IMG/VR virus record: IMGVR_UViG_3300031994_000061 | Location: 1 to 64,000 of that record | Length of the DNA: 64,000 nucleotides | Strand: one strand, 5' to 3' | Source of the DNA: a virus | Lineage: Duplodnaviria > Caudoviricetes | Shown here: piece by piece, positions 1 through 8,646 of the stretch | Numbering within the stretch: the stretch's first letter is position 1 | Layout of the letters: each line of letters opens with the position of its first letter | Program-made: the position numbers and the translations under genes | Notes under the pieces: generated by a model | The model's input: the letters and a program-made list of their open reading frames with translations, nothing else | Database searches by the model: none | What the model was told of the DNA's origin: nothing

Positions 1-80
1 ATAGGACAGCGGAGCAGTGCGTACAACGCCATAAGCGGCAGATTGTCCTGCCACCCAGCCTACTTTAAAAGAATAGAGAT

Positions 81-299
81 ATGGTACATACAACTGAAAG
101 CGGCTACGAAGCTAAGGAGCGTTTAGGTGGTATTGACATCTACGACGAACACGGAGACTACGTTTGTGGGCTTGAAGGTCTTACACTCGACCACTTCCGA
201 GACGAGAACGACGAGATAGACGATGACCAGCTCGACGATGAAATTAAGACAACTCTGGAGACGCAGGAATTTCTGGACTATCAAGGTGCATATTGTTAA
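81..299 (+). CDS. hypothetical acidic early protein
   Basis: ORF track, 72 aa, AT-rich leader; no recognised motif. Confidence 0.7.
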   Translation: MVHTTESGYEAKERLGGIDIYDEHGDYVCGLEGLTLDHFRDENDEIDDDQLDDEIKTTLETQEFLDYQGAYC

Positions 300-435
300 A
301 TAAGATAAAAAAGTAAACCAGAATTTGGTTTTTACGAAAAAAATCTGTATCTTTGCACCGCAATAACAATAAGTAGAACAATTTAAAACTTATGAGGGCT
401 TATGAGAAAATTACTTTACTAAAACTTTAGCACTT

Positions 436-561
436 ATGAGTGGACAAAAGAGACTGGATAAGCTCACTCGCAACATTCGGGTGGTAGCTATGCCAAGCAA
501 GGTCAGAGAGAACGAGGACGGAACTAAGACCCAGCTGTATAAAGTTCGTCCAATGCGTTGA
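436..561 (+). CDS. small hypothetical protein (41 aa, MSGQKRLDK...)
   Basis: manual translation; downstream of promoter at 348; below ORF-track cutoff. Confidence 0.45.
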   Translation: MSGQKRLDKLTRNIRVVAMPSKVRENEDGTKTQLYKVRPMR

Positions 562-1044
562 CCAAAAAAGGGAACAGGGGCAAGGCGCAGAGCCGCATGG
601 CGCAATAAGCAGCCAGAGCCGCCTCCGAAGCCTCCCCCATCTTCCCAGATTCATTAACAATTAAAATGTAGAGAAATGAATAATAGTGAAAGACCCCCGC
701 CCAATTAAGGGATATAAGAATTATTATTTATTATGTATTTTAATGCCGAAATATAAAACTTAGAGAATAATGAGACAGAGAGACCGACCCTATTAAGGGA
801 TAATATTTTACACTGATTTTATTATAGTTTATAAGAAATTTATTCGTATACGTGCCACCAGAGAGCCGCATAACTAAGACGTTTACAGGCTTTTCACGGG
901 ACAACTCAACATAGGCTGATGGGGCATGGTACGTATCTGACTTTACCGCTCACTATACATATAACCTTTCTTTTTGAGTGGTTTGGTTGCCCGAAGTCAC
1001 TACGTCGATAATTATAGTAGCTATAAGGTGACCATTTCTAACGT

Positions 1045-1181
1045 GGGGTCTCCGCTTAGAGTTGGTAAGAGACGCTTAGGATTATATTGCATGGTAATAT
1101 AGGTTTATGGGTTAAATAGACTGTTCCCATCCAGTACCTAAGTTGACGCTCCGATGGCTGGTTTGAATCCAGCAGACCCCC
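1045..1181 (+). ncRNA. tRNA-like RNA with expanded anticodon arm
   Basis: acceptor GGGGTCT(1045-1051)/AGACCCC(1174-1180); T arm GCTGG-TTTGAAT-CCAGC (1157-1173); D-loop-like AGAGTTGGTA; CTTAGG/CCTAAG helix enclosing two hairpins. Confidence 0.5.
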
Positions 1182-1202
1182 CTCTTTGCGTTGTGAAACG
1201 CT

Positions 1203-1270
1203 GTTGTTTTCCATAATGAATTGTTAGGTTGAGGTGGGGATGCTCCAGATGGGGTGTCCCCACATTGTTT
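1203..1270 (+). terminator. U-rich anti-start-codon tract plus terminator hairpin
   Basis: GTGGGGATGCTCC-AGAT-GGGGTGTCCCCAC stem followed by T-rich tail; upstream TTTTCCATAATGAATTGTT. Confidence 0.7.
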
Positions 1271-1349
1271 TCTTAAAAAACGTTAAGGAATTTGGTTATA
1301 TTCTGGAATATGTGTAACTTTGCACCATCAACAATTAAACAATAGGATT

Positions 1350-1775
1350 ATGGTAATAGGATTTTTAAAGGTAGAGACCACCAGAAAGGTCTATGACAAC
1401 AGCTTCTACGGACACTATGAGGTGAAAGATGTGTACACCCAGACGATTACAAACGAGGAATACAATAACCTCGTAAACCCCAAGAATGGATTAATCGTCG
1501 CCATTAAAGACAAGGATGCGAAAGAGGAAACAACGTTTACCTTTAGTAAGTATTTCTACACAGGAGAACTTCAAAACAAGGCTGACGAGGACACAGAGTT
1601 TTCAGCAACGTTTGCCTACAAGGGTCATGTGTACGAGATTACGGTAGATGCTTGTGGACAACTTATCTCTCTGGATATGTGGATTAACACTGGTGACTAT
1701 GAGGATGGTACAGAGCCAGACGAGCACTACACCAAGAAAAGTAAAGGGATTAAATGGACACTAATGGAACTATAA
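1350..1775 (+). CDS. hypothetical early protein
   Basis: ORF track 1320-1775; start moved to ATG after promoter and AT-rich leader. Confidence 0.75.
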   Translation: MVIGFLKVETTRKVYDNSFYGHYEVKDVYTQTITNEEYNNLVNPKNGLIVAIKDKDAKEETTFTFSKYFYTGELQNKADEDTEFSATFAYKGHVYEITVDACGQLISLDMWINTGDYEDGTEPDEHYTKKSKGIKWTLMEL

Positions 1776-1779
1776 GATT

Positions 1780-2001
1780 ATGAAAAGGATTGCTATTATT
1801 GACCACCACGACCACGAACTGCTTATTGAGGACGTTAACGAACAGGAGCTGGAAGAAAAGTATGGTGGTGACGAACATGCGTACATCAATGACAACTACG
1901 CCTTCGAAGGTGACTACTCATGGGATTGGATTACTGACACCCAGTATTACCCAGAGGGTGACCCAGACCCAATCGAAGTAGAGTTCAAGGATTTGATTTA
2001 A
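1780..2001 (+). CDS. hypothetical acidic early protein
   Basis: ORF track, 73 aa, follows previous gene closely. Confidence 0.7.
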   Translation: MKRIAIIDHHDHELLIEDVNEQELEEKYGGDEHAYINDNYAFEGDYSWDWITDTQYYPEGDPDPIEVEFKDLI

Positions 2002-2086
2002 AAAACGTTAAAAGGTTGGGGTATCTCTTGGATATTCCAATCTTTTTTGGTAACTTTGCCACGTCAAACAATTAAACAATAGAATT

Positions 2087-2386
2087 ATGGAAAAAGAGAT
2101 TATCGCTCTATTAGAGAGCAAAGGAATGACCAGAATGGGATTCGGTCACAATGTCGAAATCACATCAGAGTTCGATGAAGATGGTGATGAATACCCAAGA
2201 ATTGTAAATGCAGTTGAGATTACTAATTCTGGGTTGATTGCCTACGATTCAAATGACGAGGATGAGAACGGAGAGTATGACCCTTGTTGGGAGGTATCTG
2301 AACTACCAGAGGATATACAAAAGGAAATCCTGTGGGCATTAAACACATTCCCTTGGGATGTCTGGAATTGGGAAACTTATAAATAG
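2087..2386 (+). CDS. hypothetical early protein
   Basis: ORF track, 99 aa, promoter at 2051. Confidence 0.75.
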   Translation: MEKEIIALLESKGMTRMGFGHNVEITSEFDEDGDEYPRIVNAVEITNSGLIAYDSNDEDENGEYDPCWEVSELPEDIQKEILWALNTFPWDVWNWETYK

Positions 2387-2390
2387 AATT

Positions 2391-2675
2391 ATGGAAACAA
2401 TAGTAATCAAAGGTGTCAAATGTTTGCTTCCTTGCAAGGTGTTATCACTTGGTCTGGATATGCAGTGTCATCATGTAGTTACACAGAGCGTTATTCTCTC
2501 TGTAAATGAAGCAGAAGATAAGGTTATCATTGAAAGTGAGGGGATTAAGATTCGTTTACGCATGAATGACTTAAATGACTTTTATCCAGATACTACGGAG
2601 AACTATAATATTCTGAAATCGCAATGTGATGAAGAATATAGTCAGTGGTATAATAGAATTGTGAATAATAATTAA
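2391..2675 (+). CDS. hypothetical early protein
   Basis: ORF track 2358-2675; start moved to METIV after upstream stop. Confidence 0.7.
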   Translation: METIVIKGVKCLLPCKVLSLGLDMQCHHVVTQSVILSVNEAEDKVIIESEGIKIRLRMNDLNDFYPDTTENYNILKSQCDEEYSQWYNRIVNNN

Positions 2676-2754
2676 AAAACAAGGCAATTTCTTTGTTATT
2701 CCAGATTTTTTGTGTAACTTTGCACCATATTTTACAACTTAATATTAATCAGTT

Positions 2755-3222
2755 ATGGATAAGACAACAACAAACATGAAAATGAGTGACGCTCTGGAGT
2801 TTATCACAGAGTTCATCAAGAAACAAGTGAAAGATGACTTCCGCAAAGGTAATGGTCTCCAGATTGTTCTGGATGCTTACAACAGAATGCGAGAGGACGA
2901 ACGTGGTGGCACTGACTACATCTTTAACATCAACAAGACAGAAGATTTGGCGTACCTTGTACAAAAAGGCATGATGTCAGCAAAGGCTATCGCTTTCGTG
3001 GTTAACACTCCCTTCCGTTACCCAGATGGATTGTTTATGTTCAACGGCAAGGCTGACGAGGGCATGATGCCAGTGGATAACATAGGGAATTTCCTGCTTA
3101 ACAGCCTCGATACGCTCATTCCATACGTCCTGCTGTATGTTGACAGGGTAAAGGAATATCAAGACTTCTACAGCCGTTATTTCACGGATAAGGTCTGGCA
3201 GATGGATTTCTTTGAAAATTGA
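2755..3222 (+). CDS. hypothetical early protein
   Basis: ORF track, 155 aa, promoter at 2715. Confidence 0.8.
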   Translation: MDKTTTNMKMSDALEFITEFIKKQVKDDFRKGNGLQIVLDAYNRMREDERGGTDYIFNINKTEDLAYLVQKGMMSAKAIAFVVNTPFRYPDGLFMFNGKADEGMMPVDNIGNFLLNSLDTLIPYVLLYVDRVKEYQDFYSRYFTDKVWQMDFFEN

Positions 3223-3334
3223 ATGCTATGGGATTTGGATTATTTCTACTATTATCTCTGGGGGTCATGGTTGCCGATGTGGTGACTTCCCCAGAATTTA
3301 AAAAGAAACTTAAGAACGTTAAAGAATAAGAGTT

Positions 3335-3475
3335 ATGAGAATATTTAGTTTATCATTCAGCTACAGCTACAGGGACGTTTTTCTCCCTTGCATTATCACA
3401 ACTACAGATGCGGAGTTTCACCCCAGAAAGCGACATAAGCTAAAGGGATGGCAGAAAGCGAAAAAAAATCGTTAA
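3335..3475 (+). CDS. small basic hypothetical protein (46 aa)
   Basis: manual translation MRIFSLSF...KAKKNR; fills gap before next promoter. Confidence 0.4.
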   Translation: MRIFSLSFSYSYRDVFLPCIITTTDAEFHPRKRHKLKGWQKAKKNR

Positions 3476-3547
3476 AAACTTGTTTTTCTGGAAAAAAATT
3501 TATATCTTTGCACAAAAATAGCAATAAGCAATATTTATATTACAACT

Positions 3548-3814
3548 ATGGCACAGAGAGTTAACGCAATAAACAAGGCTTTTGAAAACTGCACCTTTAT
3601 CAACAAGGATAAAGCCTGCGACATTATAACAGAGAGGATTGCAGACTACGAGGTTTTCACAGAGAAGCCAGAAGCAATAAAGATGGAGCATATCGACGAG
3701 ACACATGACCGATTATGCTTAGCATTCAGTAACGGAGAACTGGATGGTATTGTGACGTGGGGTAAAACCCAGAACGGATTGCATCACGTCTTTAAGAAAT
3801 TTGAGGCGAAATAA
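3548..3814 (+). CDS. hypothetical early protein
   Basis: ORF track, 88 aa, promoter at 3503. Confidence 0.75.
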   Translation: MAQRVNAINKAFENCTFINKDKACDIITERIADYEVFTEKPEAIKMEHIDETHDRLCLAFSNGELDGIVTWGKTQNGLHHVFKKFEAK

Positions 3815-3879
3815 GTAATATTTATTTGTCATAAAAAGTAACCATCCAGAATCTGTGAAGACAATGGATGGTTTTTTAT

Positions 3880-3895
3880 TGTTTCACGTGAAACA
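3880..3895. promoter_or_regulatory. parS: parS site (perfect palindrome TGTTTCACGTGAAACA)
   Basis: exact match to the widely conserved chromosomal parS consensus bound by ParB/Spo0J. Confidence 0.8.
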
Positions 3896-3896
3896 T

Positions 3897-3986
3897 GCGT
3901 CGGTGGTGGAATGGTGTACACATCAGACTTAAAATCTGACAGATGCCGTCAAAAGCGTCTTGCGGGTTCGACCCCCGCCCGACGTA
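3897..3986 (+). tRNA. tRNA-Leu (UAA), CCA not encoded
   Basis: acceptor GCGTCGG/CCGACGT; anticodon arm TCAGA-CTTAAAA-TCTGA; long variable arm; T arm GCGGG-TTCGACC-CCCGC; discriminator A. Confidence 0.92.
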
Positions 3987-4079
3987 CTAAAAAATGTTAA
4001 AAGATTGAGAGAACTTATGGTTTTCTCAATTTTTTTGTGTAACTTTGCACCATGTTAAACAACTTAATTTTTTTCAATT

Positions 4080-4715
4080 ATGGGACAATATTATAAACCA
4101 ACCTTTTTAAAGGAGAACTGGAAGAGAGTAAAGAAGCCAGTTGCTTATTCGATTCGCTCTTATGATTATGGAGCATTTTGCGGTCAGAAACTCACTGAAC
4201 ATTCATGGTGCGGTAATAAATTTGTTGCTGCTGCCTGCTGGCTGTTGGCAAACGAATACTACGGAAAACCCTTTGTGTGGCTTGGTGACTATGCAGACCC
4301 AAAGGTAACAAAGGCTTATCCAGCCGATGAAAATGATGAGGGAACTTGCAATCTCTATCCTATGGCACGAGAGATTGCGGAGAGTAAGAAGGCTAAAGAC
4401 TTCGCTCTGGCATTCGCTCGTGAATATGGCGACGATGCACCCTACTATGCCTACGCTATCAACTTCACCAAGAAGGAATACGTAAAGATTAAAAAGTATA
4501 ACAAAAAAGAATGGCGAACGCATCCCCTTCCAATCCTGTGCTGCGATGGTAATGGTGAAGGTGGTGGTGACTACGTTGTAAAAAGAGACAACTACGACTG
4601 GCAGAAGGATAAGCGTATCGGTTCATGGGCTTACGACCGCATCGGAGTTACCAACTCCAAGAATGCCATCAAGGGCATGAAAGAAATTGATGGGTATTTC
4701 ATTCCTGCTATTTAA
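4080..4715 (+). CDS. conserved phage/MGE hypothetical protein (MGQYY family)
   Basis: MGQYYKP start, KLTEHSWCGN, HPLPIL and GSWA motifs recalled from mobile-element proteins. Confidence 0.75.
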   Translation: MGQYYKPTFLKENWKRVKKPVAYSIRSYDYGAFCGQKLTEHSWCGNKFVAAACWLLANEYYGKPFVWLGDYADPKVTKAYPADENDEGTCNLYPMAREIAESKKAKDFALAFAREYGDDAPYYAYAINFTKKEYVKIKKYNKKEWRTHPLPILCCDGNGEGGGDYVVKRDNYDWQKDKRIGSWAYDRIGVTNSKNAIKGMKEIDGYFIPAI

Positions 4716-4800
4716 TAAATAATGTTAAGAAATCGGGTGAACATTTGGTTTTCCCGATTTTTTTGTGTAACTTTGCCATGTCAATTTAAACAATAAAGAT

Positions 4801-5094
4801 ATGAAAAGGTATAAAGTAAGAATTACGGACAGGAACGGCTTCTACAAGGAGTTCGATGATGGAAGTTGCATTGGTGGACACTATGGCGAGCCTATTGTGG
4901 TTACTATGTGTCTCAATGAAGCGGAGTTTAAGGCTCTTACAATGTTTATGGGGCAGGTGAGTGATTTACGTCACGATGTTGCCGTATTTAATCTATCTCA
5001 ATGCTGCGTGCTGACCCCTTGGCATAAGAGAGTGATGTGTAAGTATTTCAAGGCTTTCACAGAGCAAGTGACAATAGAGTTTTTATTTAAGTAA
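4801..5094 (+). CDS. hypothetical early protein
   Basis: ORF track, 97 aa, promoter at 4768. Confidence 0.75.
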   Translation: MKRYKVRITDRNGFYKEFDDGSCIGGHYGEPIVVTMCLNEAEFKALTMFMGQVSDLRHDVAVFNLSQCCVLTPWHKRVMCKYFKAFTEQVTIEFLFK

Positions 5095-5106
5095 AACAAT
5101 ATCATT

Positions 5107-5553
5107 ATGGAAAGAGAAGAGATTTTAAAGGAGATTCGCAACATCGTAGGAGGTAAGACCTTCACGTTCTCCGAAGATTATTTGAACAAGGCAGGTCACG
5201 CTTGCCATTGTGTAGGGCAGGAAAGACCTTATAGTTCTATCACTAAGAAATATTTATTTGTATCATGCTTTGCGGTCTATAAGTATGACGAAAATGCTGA
5301 GGAATATGGCACATCTATCCAGAAGTTCCCTATCGTTTATAACAGGATGACAGGTAGCTTTGTTAAGAAGGTTGCGCTTGACGATATGTTTACAAAGGAC
5401 TTGCAGAAGGTTCTGGATGACGTTAAGTATTACCTTTGGTGGGAGGCAGAAGTGAGACTGCCCAAACTCCAGATACAACTCGACGAGGCTAAGAAATATG
5501 CCAATATGTTCTATAAGATGAAGGAGCGTATTGAAAACGATTCTAAGGAGTAA
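5107..5553 (+). CDS. hypothetical early protein
   Basis: ORF track, 148 aa; followed by terminator. Confidence 0.8.
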   Translation: MEREEILKEIRNIVGGKTFTFSEDYLNKAGHACHCVGQERPYSSITKKYLFVSCFAVYKYDENAEEYGTSIQKFPIVYNRMTGSFVKKVALDDMFTKDLQKVLDDVKYYLWWEAEVRLPKLQIQLDEAKKYANMFYKMKERIENDSKE

Positions 5554-5566
5554 ACCTTTTAAAATC

Positions 5567-5606
5567 AGTGCGTTGGACATTGGGGAGTGTTCAATGCACT
5601 TTTTTT
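5567..5606 (+). terminator. intrinsic terminator
   Basis: AGTGCGTTGGACA...TGTTCAATGCACT stem plus T tract. Confidence 0.75.
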
Positions 5607-5690
5607 ATTAGGAAAAAATTTGGTTATTTCGAAAATTTTCTGTAACTTTGCCAACGATAAACAATAAGTATAATTAAATAATAAAGTAAT

Positions 5691-5816
5691 ATGAGTAGTC
5701 AATTTGGAAACCATGCTTATGAAAGCCCACAAGAAAAGTGGTTAGATGAGCAGTATGCATGTGAGAGAGCACAGGGTATCTATCGTAGTGGATATAATTC
5801 GCAGATAGACCATTAG
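5691..5816 (+). CDS. small hypothetical protein (41 aa)
   Basis: manual translation MSSQFGNHAY...; directly after promoter 5643; leader TAAGTATAATTAAATAATA is repeated before the next gene. Confidence 0.55.
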   Translation: MSSQFGNHAYESPQEKWLDEQYACERAQGIYRSGYNSQIDH

Positions 5817-5840
5817 TAAGTATAATTAAATAATAGTATT

Positions 5841-6062
5841 ATGGATATTAAAGAAGTAAGGAGACAATTAATTGATGGTTTGGAGAGTTGCTACACTCCA
5901 GAGAAAATTGAAATCATTGATAAAAGGTTGGGTGAGATTGCTAAGGAAAATGGTCTTACCAATGATGAACTAAACGAATATTGCTGGGCTAATTCAAGTG
6001 AAATGTTTGCTTGCATATTCGACTATAAGGAGTTTGATAAAAACAACTTTGAAGTAGATTAA
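5841..6062 (+). CDS. hypothetical early protein
   Basis: ORF track, 73 aa. Confidence 0.7.
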   Translation: MDIKEVRRQLIDGLESCYTPEKIEIIDKRLGEIAKENGLTNDELNEYCWANSSEMFACIFDYKEFDKNNFEVD

Positions 6063-6080
6063 TTAAATAACATTAGATAT

Positions 6081-6455
6081 ATGAAGAATACTAAGATTTA
6101 CGAAGGCTACAAGCGGAGTGCAGACTTCCTGCTGAACTTCCAGATGTGCCGTGCCTATCTTGGCGAGAATTGTGGTGTAGCACGCATTGTTGAAATTATC
6201 CTTCTGGGCAAGTTCGGTAGTGAATTTGACTTGAACGACCCTAAGAGTTACAAGCGTTTTTCCGAGGCTATCAGAGACTCACAAGGCAAGCGTAATGCCA
6301 TTATCGAATTTAAGCATTTCGACTTCAAGGAGAGTGTTGAGGACATTTTATCCAAGTTCGTGGAAAGCAAGTTCGATAAGATGGTAGCTGCCATAAAGGT
6401 AAATCTGGGGAACTATCCGCTTAAGTTCCGTGACATTGTGGAGCGATATTCTTAA
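6081..6455 (+). CDS. hypothetical early protein
   Basis: ORF track, 124 aa. Confidence 0.75.
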   Translation: MKNTKIYEGYKRSADFLLNFQMCRAYLGENCGVARIVEIILLGKFGSEFDLNDPKSYKRFSEAIRDSQGKRNAIIEFKHFDFKESVEDILSKFVESKFDKMVAAIKVNLGNYPLKFRDIVERYS

Positions 6456-6515
6456 AAAACGTTAAGGAATTTGGTTATTTCCTGGGTTTTGTGTAACTTT
6501 GCACCACCAAACAAC

Positions 6516-6550
6516 AAGGGAGAAAGAAGGTTCGAGTCCTCGCTCCCTTT
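6516..6550 (+). other. tRNA T-arm/acceptor minihelix in 5' leader
   Basis: AAGGGAG...AGG-TTCGAGT-CCT-CG-CTCCCTT just downstream of promoter 6494. Confidence 0.5.
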
Positions 6551-6583
6551 CAAATATTAACAAACAATTTAATTTAAAAGATT

Positions 6584-7051
6584 ATGGAAAAGAAAGTTTA
6601 CGAAATTAAGACTAACAAGGGTAAGAAGACCCAGTATGTTAGATGTGAGCCGACCAGTAACGAGAATATCGTTAAGATGGCTAAAGAGACAAACATGCTC
6701 GTTTCAAAGAAGGAAGTAGCATCGGCAGTGGTTACGGAAGTTAAAGACCCTTCTAAACTCAATCCAGACCATATCTGGGATATTTACCCAAAGATGGCAG
6801 TCCTGTGCTTCGAGGACGAAGAGGGCGATAAACAGACAGTCTGCATCGTTCGTGACCAGCAGTTTGGAACTGATGACCTTCGCAAAGAGCTATACGAGAT
6901 TCTGGCAGAGCGGTTAGCACTGGCAGAAGAAGACGATGAAGATGCTGAGGTTCTGGCTGACTTCAACACTATGATTGATAGCTTGACTATGGGTGTTTGT
7001 GGGAACTGGCTCGACTACGAGGTCTACTATGAGCATCTGGATTTGATATAA
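6584..7051 (+). CDS. hypothetical acidic early protein
   Basis: ORF track, 155 aa. Confidence 0.8.
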   Translation: MEKKVYEIKTNKGKKTQYVRCEPTSNENIVKMAKETNMLVSKKEVASAVVTEVKDPSKLNPDHIWDIYPKMAVLCFEDEEGDKQTVCIVRDQQFGTDDLRKELYEILAERLALAEEDDEDAEVLADFNTMIDSLTMGVCGNWLDYEVYYEHLDLI

Positions 7052-7128
7052 CGCTTCTTTCCATATCTAATATTTAGTTGTTGACGCTGGGCTGTGGCTT
7101 GCTAGGCAGGTTGCAGCCCTTTTATTTT
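7052..7128 (+). terminator. anti-start-codon tract plus terminator hairpin
   Basis: CTTCTTTCCATATCTAATATTTAGTTGTT then GGGCTG...CAGCCC plus T tract. Confidence 0.7.
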
Positions 7129-7203
7129 CTTAAAAAATATTAAAGGATTTGGTTATTACATGGAAAATGTGTAACTTTGCAGCGTCAATAAAACAATAAA
7201 GTT

Positions 7204-7434
7204 ATGGAATATAGTTTAATCATTGAAAAGAAAAATGCTGACCCAGAGTATAAGAATGGGTTGAAGCAATGGAGAGACGTTACGGCTATTCTTAGGAATG
7301 GGCTTGACCAGTGGACTATTAGCGTGCATATATATAAGTATAGCAGTGATAACCGCTTACTTGGAGAGAAGCACGTCACTATGGGTAATCTCTGGGATAT
7401 GACAAATTCACTGACCGATAAGGTCTTATTATAA
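7204..7434 (+). CDS. hypothetical early protein
   Basis: ORF track, 76 aa, promoter at 7172. Confidence 0.7.
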   Translation: MEYSLIIEKKNADPEYKNGLKQWRDVTAILRNGLDQWTISVHIYKYSSDNRLLGEKHVTMGNLWDMTNSLTDKVLL

Positions 7435-7455
7435 ACAACTAACAATTATAAGATT

Positions 7456-8205
7456 ATGGGAAATAAGTTAATTGCAAGGTATCGTCTGGCTAACAAACTA
7501 TTGAAGGTTTACCAGCACGAAGGTAAGGCAGGCATTTGGCTGCGTGGTGTTATGTATGAAGATAAGTGGGATGTCACAACTTCACCAAACAGGCACAGAC
7601 TCGTTAAGGTTGAGGCTGTTAACTTCGATAATGGTACAGAGAATGATGTACGTCGGCATTTTAAAATGATGTGCGCTCGCCCTGTTACGTCTGATGGTTA
7701 TATCGACGTCAATCACAGGGTTATCTGGACTAACGACAACTACGACGAGTGGGAAGCATGTATGCTTATCGACTATCCAGACGAGGAAACAAGGGAAGAA
7801 GAAGGTATCACTATTGACTACGAACGTTATCACGAAGATTGTGACCTGTGTCTTGATGACGAAAGGGCTAATCTGGATATTGAAGTAGATGGCTGTATCG
7901 TGGCTTTCGTTGACCTTGGACTCTGGGATGGCAGACATAATGGTGGTGGTATTATCGGCACTAACGTTAAACAAATTCTGCGTTCTGATTGTGAATATCT
8001 GGATTGGTATTGTGACCAGCATAACGTCCGCTGTAGGGCTTCGCATCACGACGGCACTAACTACTACCTTTACAGGGTTGCAAAGAGCCGTGAGCAGGCT
8101 GAAAACCTTATTAATGCCATTGCCTACAAGGGTATGACAGAAGAGCAGTTTAGAAAGGCAACCAGAAGCCTACGCCCCTACGTGGCAAAGGTGTATGGAT
8201 GGTAA
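7456..8205 (+). CDS. conserved MGE hypothetical protein (DLGLWDGR...HHDGTN family)
   Basis: C-terminal IVAFVDLGLWDGR and SHHDGTNYYLYR motifs recalled from phage/ICE proteins. Confidence 0.75.
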   Translation: MGNKLIARYRLANKLLKVYQHEGKAGIWLRGVMYEDKWDVTTSPNRHRLVKVEAVNFDNGTENDVRRHFKMMCARPVTSDGYIDVNHRVIWTNDNYDEWEACMLIDYPDEETREEEGITIDYERYHEDCDLCLDDERANLDIEVDGCIVAFVDLGLWDGRHNGGGIIGTNVKQILRSDCEYLDWYCDQHNVRCRASHHDGTNYYLYRVAKSREQAENLINAIAYKGMTEEQFRKATRSLRPYVAKVYGW

Positions 8206-8315
8206 GGCTGTAAGTATCCATAATTATAAAAATTGTTAAAAAGTCGAGGAGACCTTTGGTTTTCTCGATTTTTTTGTGTAACTTTGCCGTGTCAAACAAT
8301 TAAATATTAAGTATT

Positions 8316-8624
8316 ATGGAATTACAAAATTTTGAAAACGTGCTTACTGATGGCACAAAGGTGGTTACTCTGGGGATTACAAAAGACCAGAATGACATTG
8401 TATTAAAGATGTTGGAAACTGATTCTGATTCGTTCGGCAATTATTCTCTGGAAGAACCAGACCCAGAAATGGTGGACGTCTGGATTTCGGATGCTTTTAG
8501 TGAAGGTAACGAAGATTACGCACAAGCATTGCAGGATGGGTTAGCAAAAGGTGCTGACATCTATACTCTGGAAGATAGTATAGGTGCTTTTCACCAGACA
8601 TTAGGAGAGGTAATAGTATATTAA
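8316..8624 (+). CDS. hypothetical acidic early protein
   Basis: ORF track, 102 aa, promoter at 8279. Confidence 0.75.
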   Translation: MELQNFENVLTDGTKVVTLGITKDQNDIVLKMLETDSDSFGNYSLEEPDPEMVDVWISDAFSEGNEDYAQALQDGLAKGADIYTLEDSIGAFHQTLGEVIVY

Positions 8625-8646
8625 ACAACTTAACAATTTTACAACT

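Noticed and set aside
1045-1181. tmRNA or intron-containing tRNA
   Set aside because: Too short for tmRNA, with no G3-U70 pair, tag ORF or CCA; removing the insert does not give a canonical 7-nt anticodon loop.
1056-1214. Minus-strand 52-aa ORF starting at the CAT at 1212-1214 (and similar antisense ORFs at 7062, 11370, 13259)
   Set aside because: No minus-strand promoter was seen and the ORFs overlap sense genes or structured RNA; treated as antisense tracts, though translation is not formally excluded.
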